Positions 8,570-16,014 of a DNA stretch of 39,960 nt are shown here, piece by piece. A program made the position numbers and the translations under genes. The DNA is taken from positions 1 to 39,960 of IMG/VR virus record IMGVR_UViG_3300044706_000011; one strand, written 5' to 3'. Positions within the stretch are counted from its first letter, which is position 1. Every line of letters begins with the position of its first letter. This DNA is from a virus. The notes beneath the pieces are model-generated. The model was not told where the DNA came from and made no database searches. It saw only the letters and a list, made by a program, of their open reading frames with translations.

Positions 8570-8798
8570 GCTCCGCAAACGCCAGATTCCGCGAAAACTG
8601 AGGGGCATGTAAAAGGCTCAGTTCGTTAACTTTGCGGAGCGGATTTCACGCTAAAACCCGCATGGTTGACGCATTTCTATATGAGCTTAGAAGGCTGATG
8701 CTCTATCCAACTGAGCTATGGGCAGGGTGTTGATTTATAAAGGTTTTCAGCGATTTCTAAAACTTGCTGCGCTCCGCAAGTAGTAGCTTGCTCCGCAA
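8570..8798. repeat. Four GCTCCGCAA(A) repeats flanking the att core: candidate integrase arm-type sites
   Basis: Copies at 8570-8578 (+), 8632-8640 (inverted), 8771-8779 (+) and 8790-8798 (+). Two lie on each side of the tRNA fragment, next to the int stop. Confidence 0.55.
8684..8723 (-). other. attP core candidate: 40-nt fragment identical in form to the 5' part of a tRNA-Arg(UCU) (acceptor, D arm, anticodon stem and loop)
   Basis: Minus strand reads GCCCATAGCTCAGTTGGATAGAGCATCAGCCTTCTAAGCT. tRNA likeness stops after the anticodon loop and no T arm follows. Sits between the lysis genes and int. Confidence 0.7.
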
Positions 8799-8799
8799 A

Positions 8800-9828
8800 T
8801 CACCTCACCGGAGTCACGATTTTACCACGGCGTAAGTAGTGTTTTCGAGTGGTCTTGACGCTATCGTGGCCCAGCAGATCGCTGGCAGCCTGCTCGCCTC
8901 GTTTGATTGAGGTGTCGTCCGCTGCCTTCGCCCGCAGGTCGTAAAACCAGAATTCCTTGATGGCATCGGCAAGTTCTGGATGCTTCTCGGCTGCCGCTGC
9001 TTTTGCCGCGGTGAACTGGTCTCGCAGGATCTGCTTCGTCATCGGCTGGCCGTCCCGAACCATCAGAATCTGTGCATGGACAGTCTTATGGTTGGCCTTC
9101 CGCGCCTTTATGCGCTCGATCAGGTCGGCCAACTCTCCGACTATGGCAATCCGCAGGCGCTTGCCTGTCTTGCCCTGTGCAACCGCCAATGTCCCGTCTT
9201 CAATGTCGTCCATGCGTGCCTTAAGGGCGTCGCCCGGCCGTTGTCCGGTCAGGTATGAGAAATCCATAGCTTCCTGCAGTGCTTCGCTAGCATGGGATCG
9301 CACGGCGGCGTACACCTCATCTGTGATGTACACCTCCCGCTTCTTGAGAGAGTGTCCATCGACTCCTCGGCACGGATTTTCCGCATCAGTGTACCCCCAT
9401 CGACGAGCGCGGTTCCAGAGGGCCGAGAACAGCCGCTTACAGCGATTCGCCGTGGTCGGTTTGTCCTTGTGCTTCTTCAGGAAATCATCGATTGTGATAG
9501 GCTTGATCTGGCTGAGAGAAAATTCAGCGAATTCGGCCTGCAGGTGCTTCATATCGGACTTGTGCGTGGCCTGGGTACTGGTAGCCAGCGTTGGCAGCAC
9601 TTCAGCAACATATTTAACGATCACGTCGCCAAATGTCGGCTCGGCTGTCTTTTCGATCTGGTTCAGCTCGGCATACCGGCGCAACGCCATGAAATAGTCA
9701 TCGCCAAGAGGGATTTCTTTGCGAGGCTTTGCCCCGGTATCGAAGTAGTAATAGACCCTCCCACTGCGCTGCACACGTTTGCGCATGTGCTTCGGCAGGT
9801 TCATATGTTTTGTTGATTTGCGTCCCAT
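8800..9828 (-). CDS. int: Tyrosine integrase (site-specific recombinase)
   Basis: C-terminal HDLRAKAADD ... LLGHDSVKTTRKHYLRR (R-H-R-Y type motifs). ATG at 9828 lies 4 nt after the xis-like stop; the ORF-track start at 9867 is a TTG. Confidence 0.9.
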   Translation of the reverse strand: MGRKSTKHMNLPKHMRKRVQRSGRVYYYFDTGAKPRKEIPLGDDYFMALRRYAELNQIEKTAEPTFGDVIVKYVAEVLPTLATSTQATHKSDMKHLQAEFAEFSLSQIKPITIDDFLKKHKDKPTTANRCKRLFSALWNRARRWGYTDAENPCRGVDGHSLKKREVYITDEVYAAVRSHASEALQEAMDFSYLTGQRPGDALKARMDDIEDGTLAVAQGKTGKRLRIAIVGELADLIERIKARKANHKTVHAQILMVRDGQPMTKQILRDQFTAAKAAAAEKHPELADAIKEFWFYDLRAKAADDTSIKRGEQAASDLLGHDSVKTTRKHYLRRGKIVTPVR

Positions 9829-9832
9829 TTTC

Positions 9833-10036
9833 TTACAGTATTCGTGCGACAGGCTTTGGCTCGGCAACCATCTGTTTGCGCCCTTCGATCGCAGCAGATG
9901 GCACTACCGGCTTGCCTGCTGCATTCACGTGGAACGGCAAGCCCATACGGCGCAGAGCTTCTATCTGCTTCGACTTGATCTTACGGCCGGTCAGTTCGGC
10001 CAGTTCATCCGGCGTCAAAAACATAGCCATCTTCAT
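9833..10036 (-). CDS. Excisionase-like small DNA-binding protein (DUF4224-type)
   Basis: MKMAMFLTPDELAELTGRKIKSKQIEALRRMGLPFHVNAAGKPVV pattern. Immediately upstream of int. AGGAAGGA SD. Confidence 0.7.
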   Translation of the reverse strand: MKMAMFLTPDELAELTGRKIKSKQIEALRRMGLPFHVNAAGKPVVPSAAIEGRKQMVAEPKPVARIL

Positions 10037-10218
10037 CTCCCATTCCTTCCTACTGCCGACAGAACCGCGACGGTTAGAACTCCTGCTGCGAAATGTGTCA
10101 CAGCAGCCCACAACGGCCAGCGGTCATACATGAATGTCCCACCGATCATGAGTCCGCACCACAGACACAAAGCAAATCCATTGATCACACGAAAGAACTC
10201 TCGCCAATCGAAATTCAT
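10033..10218 (-). CDS. Small membrane protein (61 aa, two TMDs)
   Basis: GGAGGAG SD 6 nt upstream of the ATG at 10218. TMDs INGFALCLWCGLMIGGTF and LWAAVTHFAAGVLTVAVLSAV. ATGA overlap with xis. Confidence 0.6.
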   Translation of the reverse strand: MNFDWREFFRVINGFALCLWCGLMIGGTFMYDRWPLWAAVTHFAAGVLTVAVLSAVGRNGR

Positions 10219-10355
10219 GCCTTCTCCTCCGCGTGTTTCTTTAAAGTCGAAGAAGGCCACGGGCACTTGCTCAACGAGTGATCCCCACCGCAGCGAGTGC
10301 ACTGCGGCACGGTCCAGATGTCCCACATCAGGCGCATCAGTGTCACGATCCACAT
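10215..10355 (-). CDS. Hypothetical 46-aa Cys-containing peptide (CxxC ... C)
   Basis: GGAGGA upstream and an ATGA overlap with the next gene. TVPQCTRCGGDHSLSKCPWP resembles a zinc knuckle. Confidence 0.45.
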   Translation of the reverse strand: MWIVTLMRLMWDIWTVPQCTRCGGDHSLSKCPWPSSTLKKHAEEKA

Positions 10356-10666
10356 GCGTCCTCCGGCGTCGGAGAGGCGTCGATCATCGCTTGCCAGCAC
10401 TGTTCGGCGTCGCGCCGGGTTGCCTGATCGTCCCCTTTCATCCAGAGCAAGCGAACGCCAGCCATGCACATATCCTCTGTCGGCTCGATCGGCACAAGCT
10501 TCCACCCATCCGGTGCACCAGCCAGTCGAGCGCCCCATGCGTCGATGTGGGCGATGAGGGCGTCGTATGCGGCTGGCGCCTTCAGGATGTCGGCGTTTCT
10601 CCAGGCATTCATCAGGTTCGCGAACTCTAAGGTTCGAATGCTCTGCGGTTTCAGTTCATCAGACAT
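10343..10666 (-). CDS. Hypothetical protein (107 aa)
   Basis: GAGGAG SD 7 nt upstream of the ATG at 10666. The longer ORF-track version upstream looks non-coding. Confidence 0.65.
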   Translation of the reverse strand: MSDELKPQSIRTLEFANLMNAWRNADILKAPAAYDALIAHIDAWGARLAGAPDGWKLVPIEPTEDMCMAGVRLLWMKGDDQATRRDAEQCWQAMIDASPTPEDACGS

Positions 10667-10898
10667 TGATCTGCTCCTCATCGTCAGGTTTCCCATCGCC
10701 GCAGTGGGGGCACCAGTACGTGCCGTGTCCAGGTTCATCGGGATCTTCCTTGAAGTTGTCGGGCCACTCTTCGCGCGGCAGCACGATGCTTTGCCCGATG
10801 GTCGCGCCAGGGATCTTGTAAAAGCAGGTATGCGGAGCGACGCCATACGAGGGGAAACACGGCAGCCCATCTGGATCAGTGCAGAATTCGCAGCTCAT
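10659..10898 (-). CDS. Hypothetical Cys-rich protein (79 aa)
   Basis: AAGGAG SD. CxxC at both ends (MSCEFC ... CPHCG), suggesting a zinc ribbon. Confidence 0.65.
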   Translation of the reverse strand: MSCEFCTDPDGLPCFPSYGVAPHTCFYKIPGATIGQSIVLPREEWPDNFKEDPDEPGHGTYWCPHCGDGKPDDEEQINV

Positions 10899-11593
10899 TC
10901 TTGCTCTCCTTTCTCTTCTTTCTGTTCGCTGGACAGCGGCGGTGCGGCGTAGAGGGCGCGCAGTTCCGCGATCTCGGCATCACGAGCTTTGGCTTGGCAC
11001 TTCGGGCAATAATGGATGCCCCCGTACCATTCGTCGCCGCATCGAGGACCTCCTCCATGATGGCCGCCTTCAACAGCACCACACCCTGTCACGCGCTCCT
11101 GCCACGTCTTCACGCCCTGCGCAGCTTGTGGCGGCATGTCGTCCGAAGGAATATGCACTTTCTGCATAGTGCTTTGATGGAGGGCGGCTGCTACTGCGTC
11201 ACGGGCGTATTGGCGCATCTGGTCGGTGGTGAACAGCGGGCCGGATTCAAGAACCGGCGCGACCTGCAAGAAGTCTGCCGTGTCGCTTTCCTCGCTGCAA
11301 ACGAACTCGACGGCGCCCTCGGGCAGTTCCGGCAGTCCGTCCTCACCTATGGATGCGGACGGAGTGCGGCGGTTCCATGCTGCAGCAGCGCTCGCTTTTG
11401 CCTTCGCGGCGCCTTCGCTGGAGTAATCATCATCGAATGCCGTCGTCGTGACGCCGCATTTCGTGCAGCACACGCCGTATTTGGCGGGGTAATAACCCCA
11501 CGATCCGGGCGTGTGCTTCATCTCGGCTGGGGCGCCGTCAAACGGGCACGGTTGCAGTTCCGGCTCGCGTTCGGCATCGATGTTCTCAGCCAT
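10895..11593 (-). CDS. Lar-like (restriction-alleviation family) N-terminal domain fused to a C-terminal zinc-ribbon region (232 aa)
   Basis: LQPCPFDGAPAEMKH ... VCCTKCGVTT ... AAAWNRR matches the Lar-family pattern. C-terminus has CGDEWYGGIHYCPKC. GGAGAG SD. Confidence 0.6.
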   Translation of the reverse strand: MAENIDAEREPELQPCPFDGAPAEMKHTPGSWGYYPAKYGVCCTKCGVTTTAFDDDYSSEGAAKAKASAAAAWNRRTPSASIGEDGLPELPEGAVEFVCSEESDTADFLQVAPVLESGPLFTTDQMRQYARDAVAAALHQSTMQKVHIPSDDMPPQAAQGVKTWQERVTGCGAVEGGHHGGGPRCGDEWYGGIHYCPKCQAKARDAEIAELRALYAAPPLSSEQKEEKGEQE

Positions 11594-11822
11594 TGGTGAT
11601 CTCTCCGTTGATTTCTGCAATAGCACAACGTGCCACATACTCTTTCGCTGTAAGCTGGTTTGCGCTGCATCCGTACTCGCACGCCAGCATGTCGGTCTTG
11701 TTGACCCACACTCCGTTTTCCATAATGGAGCCGTGGCCACATGGGCTGTAATACGCCTGCCCGCAGTTACATATGGGTCGGCCATTTGCGTACCGCTTGA
11801 TAAGGGTTTCCCACGCGGTCAT
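11586..11822 (-). CDS. Hypothetical Cys-rich protein (78 aa)
   Basis: GGGAGG SD. Overlaps both neighbours (ATGA and 8 nt). Confidence 0.65.
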   Translation of the reverse strand: MTAWETLIKRYANGRPICNCGQAYYSPCGHGSIMENGVWVNKTDMLACEYGCSANQLTAKEYVARCAIAEINGEITNG

Positions 11823-12586
11823 GATTGCTCGCCTCCCTTACGGCTGGCTGCAATTGCGGCGTCGATGGTCTCGTCGATCTCTTTCTTACTCGCCGACCAG
11901 TCAACGGTGATGCGGTAGCCCTCACTGCACGCGAACTGATACCGCTCCGCATCCTTCGCGTCTGCTGCGCTGGTGGCGGGGGATTGGTCGGCCAACTTAT
12001 CTGCCAGCAGGTCGATGTAGCGCACCAATTCGCTAATTTCTGCCGCTTGCTCGATCAGCAGTTCGCCGGCACGACGCACGTATACATCGCCGTCGTCGGC
12101 CTGATAGCCCTCGGCATAGATGTCGGCGTCCCTGTCGGCGCCGCCGCCTTCGCACATACCCCACAGGATCTGGGCCAGCTTATGCGCTTCGCCCGCATTG
12201 GCAGCGTCAGCTTTCCCCGTCGCGTCGGAAGGCGATACAGCGTAGTTCCAGAACATCGCGCGCAGCGACTCAATGCAGTTCGCAGCTTGGATGAGTACTG
12301 AGGCATCCACCGCCTTGACTGGGTGAAAAACATCATTCGTTGCAAGCCTTCGCAAGCGCTTAGCAATGTCATCGAACTTCGCTGACTCGGCTTGGTCGAT
12401 GCCTGCCGGTGCGGTGCTCGTGTTCTTCGTGTCGGTCATGGTGATCGCCTCAGTCTTCCAAAACAGTTCGTATTCGAGGGCATGCACTTGGTTCTTGAGT
12501 GCTGCGTTTTCGTGGGCCTTTGCCGCCAGTTCCTTCGCGAGCTCCTTTGGCGTGCGTTCCTTCAGGAGCCAGTCGGCGAGGCTCAC
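11819..12586 (-). CDS. Hypothetical protein (255 aa from a GTG start; alternative ATG at 12439)
   Basis: GTGA overlap with the upstream gene. Coiled-coil N-terminus and acidic central region. Confidence 0.65.
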   Translation of the reverse strand: MSLADWLLKERTPKELAKELAAKAHENAALKNQVHALEYELFWKTEAITMTDTKNTSTAPAGIDQAESAKFDDIAKRLRRLATNDVFHPVKAVDASVLIQAANCIESLRAMFWNYAVSPSDATGKADAANAGEAHKLAQILWGMCEGGGADRDADIYAEGYQADDGDVYVRRAGELLIEQAAEISELVRYIDLLADKLADQSPATSAADAKDAERYQFACSEGYRITVDWSASKKEIDETIDAAIAASRKGGEQS

Positions 12587-12852
12587 GCTTCGCTCCCACG
12601 TTGGCCGTTCTCATTGCTGGCGGCCGGACCTTTGGCACGCACGCGGAAGTGTCCCGCTTTTGTTTTCTCGTTGTTGGCGTGTTCCTCGTTACAGAACAGA
12701 AGTGCGCGTCCGTAGCGCATGTCCATGACGCCATACATGCCAGCGTCGTTTGCCCAGCCCGCAAGCTCGAACGCAAATTGCGGCACGTGTGGCAGAGTGA
12801 CTTCCTTCTTTTCGCCGCAATGCCAGCAAACGAGATTTGCGATGATGCTCAT
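12583..12852 (-). CDS. Hypothetical protein (89 aa)
   Basis: AAGGAG SD. CWHCG motif. ATGA-type overlaps. Confidence 0.65.
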   Translation of the reverse strand: MSIIANLVCWHCGEKKEVTLPHVPQFAFELAGWANDAGMYGVMDMRYGRALLFCNEEHANNEKTKAGHFRVRAKGPAASNENGQRGSEA

Positions 12853-13400
12853 TCGGTTTCTCCTTCCTTGCTGGCGGCCGGGGCTTCGGCCTTGATCGCG
12901 CGCTCCAACATGTCAGTGATCAGGATGAATGCCGCCTCCGCCTGTGCGGGCGTGCTGTAGTGCAGAGTGAAGCGGCCTTCCAGATCGTCTGGTCCGCTCG
13001 CGAAGAAGCCGCTTTCGTAGCCTTCGCTCAGCTTTGCTAGCGCCTCGTTGCGCGCCTCTTCGCTGTACGAGAGGCGAACCTCGCGCTCGATGGCACGTGC
13101 GAATTTCAGCCAGCCTGGAGGCAATCTAGTCGGGACCTCGTACGTGATCGATGTCAGGGCCGAGAGAATCTGCTCGTCGGTCAGTTCGGCCTGCGCATGT
13201 ACTGCTGGCACGGCATCGTCAGACGGCAGCACCTTCGCAATCATCTTCAGCGTGCCAGCGACTACGTACTGCTGCGGGTCGGTGTTAGGGATTGCTGCCA
13301 CTGCTCCGTCAGTGCACATGTAGGCAAGCCACGCTTCAGCAGCATTTGTCACGTTCTGAACGAGCTTCTTGCGCATCTCGTTGAATTCTTTTTCGCTCAT
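12849..13400 (-). CDS. Hypothetical protein (183 aa)
   Basis: Clean ORF with purine-rich SD and high third-position GC. Confidence 0.7.
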   Translation of the reverse strand: MSEKEFNEMRKKLVQNVTNAAEAWLAYMCTDGAVAAIPNTDPQQYVVAGTLKMIAKVLPSDDAVPAVHAQAELTDEQILSALTSITYEVPTRLPPGWLKFARAIEREVRLSYSEEARNEALAKLSEGYESGFFASGPDDLEGRFTLHYSTPAQAEAAFILITDMLERAIKAEAPAASKEGETE

Positions 13401-13412
13401 GCTCTTCTTTCG

Positions 13413-13757
13413 TTAGATGATTTTTGCTTCAATGCGCCGGGTAGCTTCAAGTGTTTGCCATGCTGAGAACTTCGCCTGCGCTGCGGTGATCAGCCAGCGC
13501 AAGGACTCCTCTTTCTCGACGGCAGCCTTCAGACCATCCAGCACTTCCAGATACTCCGGATGCGCGTATGCCTCTCGTTCCTGCGCGACGGCCGACTTGT
13601 GACCATCGATCTCGGCTTGCCGCATTAGGAGCGCCTTCTTCGATTTCCGAAATTCTTCCAAGTGAACGCGGTCAGCCTTGGCCTGCGCATATTCGGATGC
13701 GTGATCTCGAATGAAATCGAGCACCTTAAAGACGTCGATCTTGACGTCCTGTGTCAT
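13413..13757 (-). CDS. Hypothetical coiled-coil protein (114 aa)
   Basis: ATGA overlap with the upstream gene at 13754-13757. The ORF-track extension to 13859 lies inside the upstream CDS. Confidence 0.65.
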   Translation of the reverse strand: MTQDVKIDVFKVLDFIRDHASEYAQAKADRVHLEEFRKSKKALLMRQAEIDGHKSAVAQEREAYAHPEYLEVLDGLKAAVEKEESLRWLITAAQAKFSAWQTLEATRRIEAKII

Positions 13758-14053
13758 GGCCGCTTGCCCCATGCCGGCTGTCGCAGGGCCGCACGCTGCT
13801 TCGCCAGTTCTTCGATCTCGGCCACGCACGCGTCCATCAGCGTGAGAGTGTTGCGGCATCCTTCCAGCAAATCCTCGACTCTCTCTGGCACGTCGTCGCT
13901 ATCCGGCTGCATCCGGCGAAGAATCTGGGCTGCAGAGGCACCAAGTTGACCGCACAGCTTCGACAGGGCGAGCTTGGCATCCTCATGGGCGCCACGAACT
14001 GTCGAATAGCGGCCACGTGCGATCATGAGTTCATCGTCGGTCAGGTCGATCAT
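13754..14053 (-). CDS. Hypothetical protein (99 aa)
   Basis: ATGA overlaps with erf and with the next gene. Confidence 0.65.
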   Translation of the reverse strand: MIDLTDDELMIARGRYSTVRGAHEDAKLALSKLCGQLGASAAQILRRMQPDSDDVPERVEDLLEGCRNTLTLMDACVAEIEELAKQRAALRQPAWGKRP

Positions 14054-14667
14054 GCTTGCTCCGCGAGTTGTTGGTTGAGCTGTGCCTTGCGCTCGCTGGC
14101 GTGCTTCTGGAGCGCTTCTTTGCTGGCCGGGTACATGGCCACTGCTGCTTTCAGGTGCTCGCCGATCTCTTTGATCGTAGCGGCACCCTTGATGGCGTTG
14201 ACAGCATTCGCAAGGCCAACGCTGTCAGGCTGCGCGCGCACTTCGTGAACCTCGGCATCTGCATCGATGCTGGTTTCCTCGGTCGGGATGCAGAAGGCTT
14301 GGAATGCTGCGTACTTGTATGCTGCGCTCATCGCCTTGTTCGTGGCTTTGTCGCCGCTATCCATCGCTTCGCCGAACGTGGACACAGTGTGCTTGCTGCC
14401 ATCTTCAGCGCTCACCAGATCGAACTCGGCTTGCACCGTCACGTAGAACAGCGCGTTGCCCTTGGCGTTCGTGCGCTCAACGCATTCGCGCTTGATGCAA
14501 CGAGGCAGAACGCACAGCTTGTGCTTGGCCAGTAACGGAGCCAGAGCGTTGTACACAGCGTCGATGCCGCGGAAGTTGAAGCCCTGCGCCTGGTTTCGGC
14601 TGTCTTTGGAGATACCGCGTGCAGCCAGTTCGGCGGCGACTTCTGCGATTGCTTGGTAAACTTTCAT
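14050..14667 (-). CDS. erf: ERF-family single-strand annealing recombinase
   Basis: GFNFRGIDAVYNALAPLLAKH ... GEAMDSGDKATNKAMSAAYKYAAFQAFCIPT matches conserved ERF (P22 Erf family) blocks. Confidence 0.85.
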   Translation of the reverse strand: MKVYQAIAEVAAELAARGISKDSRNQAQGFNFRGIDAVYNALAPLLAKHKLCVLPRCIKRECVERTNAKGNALFYVTVQAEFDLVSAEDGSKHTVSTFGEAMDSGDKATNKAMSAAYKYAAFQAFCIPTEETSIDADAEVHEVRAQPDSVGLANAVNAIKGAATIKEIGEHLKAAVAMYPASKEALQKHASERKAQLNQQLAEQA

Positions 14668-14674
14668 GGTGTCC

Positions 14675-14851
14675 TCAGAATGGGATCAGGTCATCGTCCA
14701 AGTGGTGATCAGTGCTCGCCTCGTACTGCGGAACATGTTCGTCGTGCCAGTGAAGCATTTCCTCTGCTTGCTCGTCCTCGGTCATGCCATCAATGTACGC
14801 ATCCCTCAGATTGCGCTTGGCATGGGCTGCTTGGCTGTATTTGCGTTTCAA
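14675..14851 (-). CDS. Small acidic protein ending in an SSB C-terminal-tip motif (..HHLDDDLIPF). 58 aa from TTG 14851 or 36 aa from ATG 14785.
   Basis: Hand translation. The TTG start overlaps the upstream stop (TTGA). The stop lies 7 nt before erf, whose GAGGA SD is in the gap. No OB-fold-sized body. Confidence 0.5.
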   Translation of the reverse strand: MKRKYSQAAHAKRNLRDAYIDGMTEDEQAEEMLHWHDEHVPQYEASTDHHLDDDLIPF

Positions 14852-14961
14852 CTCGGTCTCCAGATAGCGGTTTGGTCAGCGTCATCCAGCTCCTGCACTT
14901 CCGCTACGATGAACAGGAATGCAGCGAGGAATACGAGGGCTTGGGCTATGTTTCGAATCAT
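14848..14961 (-). CDS. 37-aa single-TMD peptide (MIRNIAQALVFLAAFLFIVAEVQELDDADQTAIWRPS)
   Basis: ATGA overlap with the upstream gene stop at 14958-14961. Below the ORF-track size cutoff. Confidence 0.45.
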   Translation of the reverse strand: MIRNIAQALVFLAAFLFIVAEVQELDDADQTAIWRPS

Positions 14962-15266
14962 GGCTCGTCTTTCGGCGGCTTCATGCCCTTGATGTTTCCG
15001 AGCTTGTCTTGCGCACGTTGAAGCATCCGCCTGGCTTTGGTCAGTTCGTTTTCAGCCTTAGCAAGCAGATAGCTTTTGGCCGCTTCCCATGTATCGTGAT
15101 ACTGCGCAAATTCAGAGTTCTTAGCTTCGCGACGCTCACCCTTTTCGTCCTTGGACCAGACTCTGCTGTTTCTGGCCAAATAGACTGATGCTTCGGTCTC
15201 TCGTAAAACTTCCACTCGTTCAATCTTGTTGTCGCCCCAGCCAGTCTTATATTTCACGATGCTCAC
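14958..15266 (-). CDS. Hypothetical protein (102 aa from GTG 15266)
   Basis: GGAAGGA SD 8 nt upstream of the GTG. The ORF-track start at 15332 is a TTG without an SD. Confidence 0.6.
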   Translation of the reverse strand: MSIVKYKTGWGDNKIERVEVLRETEASVYLARNSRVWSKDEKGERREAKNSEFAQYHDTWEAAKSYLLAKAENELTKARRMLQRAQDKLGNIKGMKPPKDEP

Positions 15267-15355
15267 GGCAAAATTCCTTCCATAATTCCAGCAATCAAGA
15301 TCACCACGCCCAGCCCAGTCATGCCGAACCAAGGCCGCGCATCAGTCCATTCCAT
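15263..15355 (-). CDS. 30-aa single-TMD peptide (MEWTDARPWFGMTGLGVVILIAGIMEGILP; alternative ATG at 15379)
   Basis: Stop overlaps the downstream GTG start (GTGA). Weak SD. Confidence 0.35.
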   Translation of the reverse strand: MEWTDARPWFGMTGLGVVILIAGIMEGILP

Positions 15356-15408
15356 CCCGTCCAGCAGTAAGCAGTCCATTAGGCTGCGGCGCGCGATGCG
15401 GGCGGCGA

Positions 15409-15624
15409 TCATGGTTGCACCTCGACAGGCTCGATCAGGTCGAATTCAGACTCCTCGCCATGGAACCAGTACGAGCCAGTAGGGCTGAAAATAGACGCGC
15501 GGTCGCCCCAATACGCGATGATGTTGTCGCTACCAGCAGCCGACGCATAGACTGTGGCTACATCGCCGCCACGCATGCGCCAAGTGCTGCCAGGCTCAAA
15601 GGTCAAATTGTTCTCGGATGCCAT
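15409..15624 (-). CDS. Hypothetical protein (71 aa)
   Basis: AGGAG SD 8 nt upstream. First CDS downstream of the ORF-free island. Confidence 0.65.
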   Translation of the reverse strand: MASENNLTFEPGSTWRMRGGDVATVYASAAGSDNIIAYWGDRASIFSPTGSYWFHGEESEFDLIEPVEVQP

Positions 15625-15668
15625 CGCTGCTGCTCCTGTTCTGTCCGGCGCCGCCGGCGGTTGGTTTA

Positions 15669-15692
15669 TTGGTGCCGGTTACGCTCTCCGGC
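15669..15692 (-). repeat. Y-type hairpin copy (minus sense GCCGG-AGAGCGUAA-CCGGC-ACCA) near the 3' end of the island
   Basis: Plus strand ttggtgccggttacgctctccggc resembles the module left ends. Confidence 0.4.
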
Positions 15693-15782
15693 GCCGCGCA
15701 GGTACTACAAGGCTTGGGTTTCGCCTCCCTGTCGGCCGTTTTGCCTTCGTTGCGGTTCAACTGAACGGACCGAACTCTCCGC

Positions 15783-15908
15783 TGTGGTGGCCGGTGCTGA
15801 TCTCCGGCTTATCTGGTCCATCCGTTACGGCCCCTTCTGCTCATTTGGGGTATGGCTTCACCCACTATTGCCAGCATCACGATCGCATCAGCCTGCGAAT
15901 TCACCACA
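15783..15908 (-). ncRNA. Module A: about 126-nt element with conserved inverted termini and a unique core
   Basis: Left end tgtggtggccggtgctgatctccggc (15783-15808), right end gcatcagcctgcgaattcaccaca (15885-15908). Minus-sense UGUGGUG/CACCACA closing helix. GCCGG-N9-CCGGC hairpin whose loop AUCAGC complements the upstream GCUGAU. Confidence 0.55.
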
Positions 15909-15910
15909 GA

Positions 15911-16014
15911 ACAAGGGGCTGGATTCGAACCAGCGACCTCCTGTAACATCGACCACCTGTTTTCACCCGGGCAGATCGCCAATGTCAGGCGCCCTACCTC
16001 TGGGCTACCCTTGC
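15911..16014 (-). ncRNA. tRNA-shaped RNA element (104 nt) with acceptor, D and T arms but a 50-nt rod in place of the anticodon stem-loop
   Basis: Minus sense reads GCAAGGG-TA-GCCC-AGAGGTA-GGGC-G-[50 nt]-AGGTC-GCTGG-TTCGAAT-CCAGC-CCCTTGT. The acceptor extends to 12 bp (15906-16019). No anticodon loop can be drawn and no CCA is encoded. Confidence 0.7.

Noticed and set aside
8402-8629. 75-aa plus-strand ORF in the attP region
   Set aside because: It has a GTG start without an SD and lies in the att/arm-site region between convergent operons. It overlaps a Y-type hairpin and arm repeats.
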